Shown here: piece by piece, positions 1 through 10,126 of the stretch
How positions within the stretch are numbered: position 1 is the stretch's first letter
Layout of the letters: the number at the start of each line of letters is the position of its first letter
Assembly: GCA_008632985.1 (NCBI GenBank)
Contig: QPGO01000127.1
Location: forward strand, 124,001 to 188,000
Direction: 5' to 3'
DNA from: Psammoneis japonica
Lineage: Eukaryota
Length of the DNA: 64,000 nt
Notes under the pieces: model-generated
Database searches by the model: none
Seen by the model: only the letters and a program-made list of their open reading frames with translations
What the model was told of the DNA's origin: nothing
Program-made: the position numbers and the translations under genes

Positions 1-461
1 CCTTCACTGTCGATCACCTTGGTGGTCTCGGCCACTTTGCCCACCGCTTGCTCTTTGGTTCTACATCCCCCCCCGTCTGCTCTCAGCCCAAGCCACCCTG
101 GTCCTCTTCCTCTGACCTTCATCACTCCGATGCCTCCTACTCCGCCTTCCTCTACGCTTTGTCGTCTCCGTCTGCAATCCTTCCCTCTGCTGACTCCGCA
201 TGGCGTCGCCTGTCCGCCGATCGCTTTGGAAGCACCTACCGTACAGCCACCCCATCCCAGTGGGCCACCCAAACTCTTGGCTACAACGTTGTTCTTCACC
301 TTTCTACGCACATCCTCCGATTCACCTCCTCTCTCCCTGCCCCCTCCTCACCCATACCTTCCACAAAACGCCCTTCGTCTTGCATCCATCGACCCTTTTA
401 CTCTACCGTCTCTACAGCTACCTCCGTGCCTCCCTCTGCTGTTACCTTCCGCTCTACATAG
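1..461 (+). mobile_element. 3' end of a non-LTR retrotransposon ORF with a restriction-like endonuclease (CRE/SLACS-type), cut by the window start
   Basis: The frame from nt 3 reads FTVDHLGGLGHFAHRLLFG, resembling the RLE motif (P)F.VE..G.LG..A..LL, then WRRL..RFG..Y....P.QWA...LG. Stop at 461. A second copy of the 3' end lies at ~41560-41730. Confidence 0.55.
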
Positions 462-617
462 GCTTCCTTAATCTTCTATTTTAAAAAACACCCGTAGTTC
501 AAGTGTATTTTACTCGGTGGTAGTCTTTTACTGCAAACCGGTCATCCCTTTTGAACTTAATCTATGAAAACTATGGAGTCGCAACAACTCCCCAACTGTC
601 GCTTCTGTTCTCACGCA

Positions 618-2054
618 TTAGGCCACCTTGCCCAAGGCCTGATCCAAATCAGAGATAATGTCCTCCACAGTTTCCAATCCAATGCTGAGACGAATCAATT
701 CAGGCGCAACTCCCGCCGCACGTAATTGGTCCTCCTTGAGCTGAGAATGAGTCGTGGTGGCAGGATGAATGGCAAGAGACCTGGCATCACCCACATTGGC
801 CACGTGCGAGAACAATCCAAGCGCGTCAATAAACTGTTGTCCCGCCGTGTTGGCATCGTCAGCATCCACTCCAAACACCACCATGGCACCACCCTTGCCC
901 TTTAGATACTTTTGAGCCTTTTCATACTCAGAGTCGGTAGGAAGTCCAGGATATTTGACCCACGCAACCTTGGGGTGGTCCTTGAGGAACTCTGCAACCT
1001 TGAGTGCGTTCTCGCAATGGCGCTCCATTCGGAGGCTGAGGGTCTCAATTCCCTGAATAATCATCCAAGCATTGTCGGGCGACAAGCATCCTCCAAGGTT
1101 CCTCAAGGGCACGGTAAGAGCACGTAGTTTGAAGGCGAGCGGAGCCAGTGATTCAGGTAGATCGTGTCCCCAACGCAGTCCAGCATAGGAGGTATCGGGA
1201 ATGTCGTAAAGCGGATGATGTCCGCCGCCCCAGTTGAATCCACCCTTATCGACAATAATACCGCCCAAACAGGCACCGTGTCCACCGATCCACTTGGTAC
1301 AAGAGTTGGCGAGAATATCGGCACCAAACTCAAAGGGTCGACAGAGGTAGGGAGTCGAAAAGGTCGAATCGACAATGAGTGGTAGACCCAAGGCGTGAGC
1401 GCGGTTGGCAATCTCTTCAATGTCAAAAATCTCTAGAGAAGGATTGGATACGGACTCACAGAAAAAGGCACGCGTCTTGTCGTCGGCCATTGCGGTAAAA
1501 TTATCCGGATCTCCGCCATCCACAAAGCGAACCTCGATTCCGAGATTCGGAAGAAGATCGTTAAACATGCTAAAGATTTTTGTTGCAGAAAGTATCAGGA
1601 ACGAGTGTGAGGAATTACCACGAGTCTCCATGATTCATGCAAGTCACATATAACATACTTACGTGTAAGTACCGCCATAAAGAGCAGAGGCCGAGACAAC
1701 GTTGTCACCCTTTGACGCAAGATTTGCAATACTGTAAAAGATTGCGTTGGTTCCTGACGCCACTGCTAAACCAGCAAGAGGATGACCACCCTCCAACTGA
1801 GCATAACGCGATTCCAAAACATGGTTGGTGGGGTTCATGAGGCGAGAGTAAATGTTTCCGAGCTCCTTGAGCGCAAACAAGTTGGCCGCGTGTTCTGTAT
1901 CACGAAATACAAACGGAGTGGTGCGGTAGACGGGCACTCCTCTCGGAGCGCCTTGTCCCAGACCAAACGTCGCTCCGGTATCAGGCTGATATCCTCCATG
2001 AAGAGCGATAGTGTCAAAGCCTTGCGGTTTCTTTGCTTTTTCTTCTTCAGACAT
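618..2054 (-). CDS. MET17: O-acetylhomoserine/O-acetylserine sulfhydrylase (Cys/Met metabolism PLP enzyme), 2 exons
   Basis: Motifs IYSRLMNPT, LYGGT, CESVSNP, VDSTFSTP, SCTKWIGGHG (PLP lysine), ANVGDARSLAIHPATTTHSQ. GT-AG intron 1662-1570 joins the two ORFs in frame (TYT|MFN). Confidence 0.95.
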
Positions 2055-2179
2055 CACTTGCGTTGCTGCTATGCTGTTCGTTTCAGATCTCTTTTCTGTG
2101 GTGATGTGGTGATGACTGGAGCGAGCAACGGTGTAACGTGATGTTGTGATGCGATGATGATGCCGGGGTTCGGGGTTCG

Positions 2180-2310
2180 CTATTCTCAGAAAAGATCTTG
2201 CACGTAGAATTCTACGTAAACTCTGGTATGGCGTTCCATGAAAGAATGCAGAAAAGTCTAGTAGTATCTTTTACGTAGAATTTTACGTGCAAGATCTTTT
2301 CTGAGAATAG
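2180..2310. repeat. 41-bp inverted repeat (1 mismatch) with 49-bp spacer, upstream of MET17
   Basis: 2180-2220 ctattctcagaaaagatcttgcacgtagaattctacgtaaa versus 2270-2310 tttacgtagaattttacgtgcaagatcttttctgagaatag. Confidence 0.95.
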
Positions 2311-3179
2311 ATTCCCGTTCGACGGATAGTCTCTACTACTAGCTATTTTAGAGGAATTCAAATTGGATTCTCTAGCTAGAGAGTGGTCCCAGGTAGGTAT
2401 GGCAATGCTTGTTGCACGCAGCTGAAACAGCGTTCATGCTAGAGTTCAACTTCATTCTTTTTTATTCTTCTGCGCCGCCGCGATCTTCGCGTGGTGCGAA
2501 CTGTCTTCGATGGGACACACCCGTCTTGTGTGCGTGGTAAAAATACATGCAAATCAACTTTTCACACATGAAACGCGATGTCTGATTTTATAACCTTGTG
2601 TGTCCAAGCTCCCTTGGATGAAATCAACCCACCTGCACGCAAACCACAGTTGCAACAGTCAAGCTGTTTCATCAGAAATAAAATCGTTGCATTGGCCCAG
2701 ATCCAGCCAGTTCCCAGACGATGCATCAGTCATGGATCGTGGCATGCATTCATTCGTTCTGCAGAGAAACATGCTATTTGCGTGTCTGTCATGGGACACA
2801 GTGCCCTGCACAGGTCGCCGCACTGTACGGCGTGAGGTGCTGTTGTGCAAAAATGTGTGGCAGAGCATTTCATGCTACTGGGGTACCGATGCGTACAATA
2901 ACGTGGCGGAAGATTGATTTGGACCTGTCGGGAAAGCACGAGACTCCCTGAACCTTGCCAGGTGGGAGATAATTCTACAATCCTTGATCAAGGTCTTTCT
3001 GGGTGACCGATGAGGCCCATACATCTAGGACAACACGAAGTCGATTTACATTCCTGTAGTAAGAGTACTAGAGGATTGTTTATAACACACATCTCAAACT
3101 CACGATTCGTGCTCTTTATCTTAATGCAGTGTCCGACCCTGTTGGGCCCTGATCTCTCGTAGAAAATTTCTCTAGCAGC

Positions 3180-4550
3180 TTACTCGGTTCCCTTCTTTCG
3201 ACGGAAGATCTTTCGATTCTTACCAAAGGAACGAATTCTCTCCATTCTTCTACTTCCGTTCTTTTTGCATTCTTGCGGCACTTCTACTTTGTGGGGTGCT
3301 TCGGGTATATCCTCCTCGGGTTCGTACCGAGACTTCAAGATAATGGTATGATAAATTTCGTCATTGTTATCATCGTGATGACCGCCTTCGGCATCTGCAA
3401 CATCCTCGGTCTCCCGTTCCGCATCGTCGCGAGGCGCATTGTCCTGAGTTCCTTGAACAGCTTCTTCCCTCTCTTCGTCACGATTCTTATTTTGTTGGAG
3501 CAACACGTCGTTGTCGTCGTTGCTTGTCTTACACTTGTGGTTGTAAGAAGCCTCCATCTCTTCGTTTCCACAGCCGCACCCAAAGATGGAAAATGGGCCA
3601 TTGTCAGGTGCCTCCATCATTTCGTCACGCTCCTCCAATTCGGTAAACTGCGTCTCTTCCTCGCTCATACATGTAACTGTGTCTTCACGAACGCTATAGC
3701 TGTTTTGCGTCTGAAGCTCCGTCTCTTCTTCGCTGAAAATGGTTTCGTCACGAACACTGTAGCTGTTTTGCGTCCGAGGTGACGCTACGTAGTCAGTTTC
3801 CGTGCTTTCGCTTTCATGCATGGGACGAATGCGATAGTTTTTCGATCTTGGAGAGGTGTGGGGATGGTCGTAGCTTTCTCCCCAATAGATTGGATCTTCG
3901 TCAGAATTCACAGCAAAAGATTTAATGCCGTTGTCATCACGATACGACGAGCTGTTTTGTTCAGTAATAGTAGGTAGCTGCATCGCCACTGGCGCCCTTA
4001 CGTCGGTACCACTTGAGTTGGTTTCAACAACCAAATTTTCTGATTTGGGTGTTGCTGCTGTCCCATCCAACGGAGAAATTAGACCCTGCGGCTCTCCTTG
4101 AATCGTAAGAGGCTTTGGGGGGTCAATCGCCAATTCCAACGCTGATCTGTCGGGTGCGCCTTTGAGAGAATGCGAGGCCGCTGCCAGAGCCATTGAAGCA
4201 ATGGTATCAGCTTGCTTCTTGGCTTTCCTCTTTTGGTTCCAACGTGGACCAATGCTGTTTGTGGACGCGAGAGAAACAGAATCGTTATCGGAGATATTAT
4301 GTCCCATCAAGGAAGACTTGGCAGCAGCTTTTGCGGTTTTCAGAGCTGTAGCTTGGGATCCACCAGCAGCTAGAATTGACCTTGCAGCAACCGTTGCTGT
4401 TTGTGTAGCCTCAGATATGATTTGGGCTTCCTCGGCCGGTGAAAGTGAGACTTGGCGATTTGCTTTCCACTTCTTACTCTTCTGTTTGCGTTGAGACGTG
4501 TGTGTATACTCCATTTCAGGATCCAACATTGCATCGTCGTGATCGTTCAT
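3180..4550 (-). CDS. Hypothetical acidic/low-complexity protein with an Ala-rich helical segment
   Basis: Long open frame with probable ATG at 4550. Segment ATQTATVAARSILAAGGSQATALKTAKAAA; internal repeat TQNSYSVR..T...EEET x2. Confidence 0.7.
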   Translation of the reverse strand: MNDHDDAMLDPEMEYTHTSQRKQKSKKWKANRQVSLSPAEEAQIISEATQTATVAARSILAAGGSQATALKTAKAAAKSSLMGHNISDNDSVSLASTNSIGPRWNQKRKAKKQADTIASMALAAASHSLKGAPDRSALELAIDPPKPLTIQGEPQGLISPLDGTAATPKSENLVVETNSSGTDVRAPVAMQLPTITEQNSSSYRDDNGIKSFAVNSDEDPIYWGESYDHPHTSPRSKNYRIRPMHESESTETDYVASPRTQNSYSVRDETIFSEEETELQTQNSYSVREDTVTCMSEEETQFTELEERDEMMEAPDNGPFSIFGCGCGNEEMEASYNHKCKTSNDDNDVLLQQNKNRDEEREEAVQGTQDNAPRDDAERETEDVADAEGGHHDDNNDEIYHTIILKSRYEPEEDIPEAPHKVEVPQECKKNGSRRMERIRSFGKNRKIFRRKKGTE

Positions 4551-4989
4551 CGCGGAGGTGACTTTTGCGATACGATCACTTTTGTAACGAACCGAGAAAC
4601 TGGCTTCCCAGCATGAACAACGCGGGAAAAAATGTGAAAATCGATCGCCAACACGTGGTGTTGGTTGCGACACAAACAACGAGCAAAAAGTGAGCGTTGC
4701 TTGGCGAGTGGCGATGGACGCCAGCTGCAATATGCTTTATATAAGATATATGATATACCATTCTTATTCTCTTTAGATTAGTATACAAACATAAATGGCA
4801 CTATTACAAAATTCATTACTACATAATACAACTCAATCAGTATCACAAATGTTGGAAAACAATTAGGCGGAGTCTCTTCATGAAAATCTTAGAAGCTAAT
4901 ATGTTCATATACTAAAACCCCACTCTTTTTACGAGTAGAAGGTGGAGTATGATACATGTATTTATACTCAAAAGTAATTATATGAACAT

Positions 4990-7900
4990 AGTTCTCTGCT
5001 TGTTTCGCGGTTCAGGCAGGATCCGACACACACTCTCCACTGTCATTTCGCGCCGACGCGTGTCGCTCGCTCCACTCAACACTCAACAAAAGCACCTGGA
5101 ATGATTCATGTGTGACAATTGTGGACCACTGTTGTGAATTTGATTTGTTTGGTGATGCATCCTTGCAGTTGGGAGTCAATTGTGCATCTCATCCCATTTT
5201 TTGGTTTTTGGGCAGCATGCTTAGAGCCACTTTGCATCGTGGTGGCGCTCGACTCCCTCAGTGCTCAACAAAAGCACCTGGAATGACTTGCGCATGACAA
5301 ATGACATTGTGGGATCATTTGGCAATGTGTCTTTGTGGCAAAGCAAGACTTGCATCTGGCCCTCGCCAAAGCGGTCACGCCAGAAAGCCCGCGGTTGTGT
5401 CGATTTTGCACACTGATGCTCTGGGCCTGCTGCTCCAGCTCTGGGTGTGCTGGCGCACAAGGGCTCGATTCCCATCACCGGCACATCATTTTTGCATTTG
5501 GTGCAATGAACTCCTTCAAAATCAGTTTTTCTTAAAATCAAAGGGTGAGTGCACACAAAACTTTTTTTTTGTGCACACTCACCTTTTGATTTTCGAAATG
5601 ATCAAATTTGAAGGAGTTTGGTGCTGTGCCAAACCGCACAGAAAATCAGCCTCTCACATGATGAAAAGCTCGTCACCTGGGGCTGGAACAGGCCTCTGCC
5701 ACTTGGAACTCAACAACAACTGGGATGGCTTCCACATGTTTGTTTGGTCCATTTCACATCATGTTGGTTTGTTTGGTCATGCAAAAATTTTGTTCGGCAA
5801 AACAAAAAGTGTGCGATTGAAGGCAGCAGCATGCGGCTGGGTTGCTGCGCCAGTCTGCAGCAGCTCTTTTGCATGCAACAACTTTGAAAGGCTGTGAAAA
5901 TCTTCCAAACAAACCAAATGACTGTCATTGAGAAATGTGCTCACCACAGCTGTGATGTTCAGTGGCAAATTTGTGTTTGTGTTGAAGGTGGGATTTGGAG
6001 GGTTGCATTGCACCCCGCACTCTGCCCGAGTGATCATGCAGGATTGTGACACATCCCCCAGCAAATGGAGTCAAGTGTGCTGCATGCTCCTGGCACACAG
6101 CAGCAAGACTCATCATCAAACAAACACATGATCATCTGGACAACATGCTGGGGGGGCTTCTCTGGACAGCAGCTGTTCAAAGAATCTTGTGCAGAATTTG
6201 TGCTGAAACAGTCTTTCAATCAAGCAGTGACACAGGATTCTGGTTGAATTCAGTGAACCCTGGACAGAGTTTGTGCAGCACATGTCTTTCACTTTGTGTG
6301 CCATGGCTGGCAGCCCAGCAAGACCGCGCAGATCCCATGTGCTTGAAGCACACTGCAGCAGCAGGAGAGCATTGCACACCACAGGAGAAGCATGGCAGAT
6401 TTCCCCAGTGGAGTGGCTCAATGACTTGGGCACTCCTTTTCTCAGAGAAAGGCCATGTGCAACATCCAGCTGCTTGCAAGAGTCAACGCATTGCAGTGAC
6501 GTGTTGCAGCCTTTAAATGTCACAAAGGTTGTGACAAAAACAACCTTTTGTCTGCATGCAGGCTGCATTGTGAATTCACAGTGGAGTGGCTCATTGCGTG
6601 ACCATCAGGCAGACAAAAGGTTGTGACAAAAATGACCTTTTGTCTGCATGCATGCTGCACATGTGCCCCCCCAGCCCTCCTGGTGTGTGGGCAGGTGGGG
6701 CTGCATGTGAGATGTTGGGCCTGCAGAATTCTGCATGTGAGCTCCACAGCAAAAGTGCCAGGCAATGAACACATGGATGATCGCTGACAGAAAAAAGCCA
6801 TTTCTTTGTGAATGAATGGGCTCCTCTCCACAATCAGATGTTGCAAGTTGTGCAAAGCAAAATCTTTCAGAACATGGGCAGCTGGCGCTTGTCTTTTGCC
6901 ACAAAGAAAACAGCCTGCTCTGCTGTTGCACATGCCATCTTGAGGGGCAAGAAAGGACAGCCCGGCCCCCAGCACATGACAAAGCCAAAAATGTGCTTGT
7001 GGAGACAATGACAAGCCACGCGCATGCAAAAACAAAGCTGGCAGTTTGTGAACAAAGCATGGTGGGTTGTCAGCTTTGGGCAGCTGCAGCAACCTGCAAC
7101 CTGGCAAGAATCATGCATTCATTTTCCACTGCCAAAGGTGGTGTGTGAGCTCTTTCAGCAGATTTGTCAATGTCAGGGGTTGCTGATCACAGGGGGGTGG
7201 GACAGCAAAAAAGAAAACAACACCTGGAGCAGGTGGAAAAGGAGAGAAAAGAGCCAAAGCTCACAAGGGGAGCAGGGAGCAGCGTCGTTGAAGCAGATAC
7301 AAAAAAAACAACCCCCCACTCACACAGGGGGGGGGGGGGCACAGAGACCACTGTTTCTCATTCGTTTCTGATCTGCACTGAAGGGACTGGAACACATCAG
7401 CAATGACCACCAAAATTGGCGTCAAATTTGCCACAGCATTGTTTTCAGTGGTGGGTGCTGCTTGTTGTCTTTTTGTTCAGCACAAATGGACAGGCTTGTG
7501 AATGACATCAGTGACTTTCAAGCACAAAGTTTTTGCACCCTTTTCTTGTGAAATTTGGTCCCCCATTTTAAAAGAAACCAATGTGCAAATGATGCCATTG
7601 AACCCAACATGTCTCAGCCAGTCTCAGCAGGCATTGCAGTGCAATGGAAGTCCATTTTTGGTGACCTTGTGCATCTGATTTCTTCAGGCAAGGTGTTGCA
7701 ACATGCAAAATCCTGTGAATGCAACAGGTCCATTTTGGCAAGAAGCATGCAACATTTTGCCTTTTTCTTCATGCAATCCATTGACACTGCTTCTGCAATC
7801 ACAAAGTTGAAAAAAGTTTTCAAAATGCAAACACGTGCAGAAACAGCCATTGAGGTGCTGGGTTGTTGGCCTCAGTTGAAACATTCAGTCATGCAGCCCT

Positions 7901-9985
7901 AACTTCAAAGTCAATCGTTGGTGTTCACAGTTGGTCTGCTGAGTCCAAGCTTCTTGGCCATGTGTGTGACACATGTGCACATGGTGACTGGCCACCAATG
8001 CATCACAGACCAAACCACAAGTTTCAATCAGCCTCAACAACATTCAACAATGTTTCACAAGGCCACAACAATCCAAGCAAAAGTCCCAACACCACTCAAC
8101 CAGTGAAGACAATGTTGGAAAACAACTGGGCAGAATCAAGACATTGACAGCAGCGCTGGAAAACAAAAACCAGGTGCAGTCTCTTTGTGCAAGCACATGC
8201 CACACACAAACACAGGACATTTTTTTACATTTGGTGGGCAGCGCAAGACAGAATCTGCACCCTTGTTCTTGTCCACACAGTGAAAAATGCGCACTGTCAA
8301 AAACCCCAGATGTGATGGAGGGCAGAAAGAAACAAAACATTTTGACCTTTCAAGAAAAGTGAAGGAGGGAAGGTGTGAGGAGCAAAGAGGGAAAACCTTG
8401 CCACACTGGGGTGGGTGGCAGGAGTCTCAGCAGCTGGGCTGTGCACCTAAATTTTGGTTTGCTCTTTGTCCAACTTCTCAGCACTTTTTTCAACTGGCCC
8501 ATGCTTGACTCTGAGAAAATCCTCATGCTCCTGATTTTGGGCCAGTTGCTTGGAGAGGATGCTGGGGAGGGGGGCAGTTCTTGAGGCCTGAAAAAAAGGA
8601 AACAACCAAAGGTGTCAGATGTCAGCAGCAAGCTGTGTGAAGAAAAAATTTTCAGAGCACAGGCAGTTGACTCTTTTGCCACAAAGAAAACTGCCACCTC
8701 TGCCACTCTGCACATGCAGCTTGCACCACATTTTGGGGGCAAGAAAAGACAATCCCTGGCAATTGATGACAAGGACAAAAATGTGCAGGGACAATGATGA
8801 GCCACATGCTTGCAAAAACAAAGCAGGAGGTTCATGCATTCATGCACAAAGTTTGGCAAGGCATCAGCTTTGAGCAGCAATGGTCTGGCAGCAAGAACCA
8901 TCCGTTCTCATTTAGATCTTTCAGCACATTTGCCAATGCCAGGTTGCTGATGAGCATCTCAACAGCGTCCTTCAGAAAAAAGGAAAACAGAGATGAAAGA
9001 GATGTGGCTCATTGGAAGCAGTTTCTGCAGAGCGCAGCGCATCATCAAGCCACACAAGACTTTGAGTGTGCAGCAACATGGTGGCAGCTGCACAAACATG
9101 ATTGAAAAAAACTTGCAAAAATGCATGCCACTCTGGCAAAAGCCACTCAATCATCTTGTCATCATTTAAAAGCGTCAACAAGCTCAGCCTCTGCCACGCC
9201 ATCTGTCTGGAGTCATTGTTGAGGAGCCTGTGCTTTGCTTGATTGCAGACATCCCCCCAAAGAAGAGCCCAGTGTGAGTGCACCAACTGCCACAGACCAG
9301 CTGTCTTTCTGACAATGACATTTCTCTTGGTGCTTTCATCAGAAACCTGACTCTCTCATTGTTTGCAGCTCTGGCAATGAATGAGCTCGACCTCTCTGCT
9401 CATGCTTCTGTTTGCCTGGCATCATTGTCAGGGCACCCGCCGACAACCCTTTTGACCGTGGGTCTCCCAAGGAACTGGTCAAGCTTTCCAAATGTGAGTG
9501 CCAGTTGCCACAGTTTGCAGCACAAACCTGGCTCCCCCGGCAAGTGTTGCAGCAAGAGCTGCTCTTCGTCTCTGTGCCCTGGCCTTTGCACAGCACACCT
9601 CATCGCCTCATCGAGCATCAGAGATTGGTGGAAAGCCAGCATCTCATTGGAAACAATTGCCATTGCTGGGCAACAGGTCATGGCCAGTTGTGGGGTCTTT
9701 GCCAAACAAACTTGTTCGAGGCTGTGATGTGCACTCTGCCCTGCTTCCCATGCTGAAGAAACATGGTGTGTGGTGGGCGGGCTCATCGCTTTGCCCCGTG
9801 AGCCCCCCTTTCTCTCCTGCTGCTCTGTGTGCTCCAACTGCCTCCATCAATCCTGTGAAGAAATGGCCCACTTCTAGGGTTGCTGTGCATGTGTTCACCA
9901 GCGATGGCGCATGCACTCGCGCCTGTGAGCCATCTGGCGCATGGCGCGCGGGGACCTGCCCGTCAACGCAACCGCCATCGGCCAT
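4990..9985. other. TpA/CpG-depleted, TpG/CpA-rich decayed domain A
   Basis: Only a handful of TA dinucleotides in ~5 kb. Six-frame ORFs here almost lack Tyr and are Cys/His/Gln/Met-rich. Contains internal degenerate direct repeats. Confidence 0.9.
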
Positions 9986-10126
9986 CTATCGACTGACGCC
10001 ATTGTTGTTCGGTTGTGCGGTTGGTCGTATGAACATTGATTAGGTCTAATTCTGCGTTGTGTTGGTTGATCAAAAACAATAACAGTGTCGTCTTTTCACT
10101 TCTTGTTGTGTTTTGCTAAGCTCAAG

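Noticed and set aside
2060..2180. SAM- or TPP-type riboswitch in the sulfhydrylase leader
   Set aside because: No recognisable aptamer consensus; only low-complexity (gat/gtg) sequence and the upstream DNA inverted repeat.
2590..2880. Possible sixth small TA-poor, CA/TG-rich patch
   Set aside because: Short and still contains several TA and CG; cannot be separated from chance by eye.
5112..9985. Dozens of overlapping 60-200 aa Cys/His-rich ORFs (also 19400-24800, 26900-28700, 41750-44500) that could look like metal-binding or toxin peptides
   Set aside because: Artefact of TA loss: TAA/TAG stops and Tyr codons are missing and TGY/CAY codons are inflated in all six frames.
4990..9985. Classical fungal RIP as the explanation for the domains
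   Set aside because: RIP converts CpA to TpA and raises TA and AT content. Here TA is removed, CA/TG accumulates, and only one copy of a duplicate is hit.
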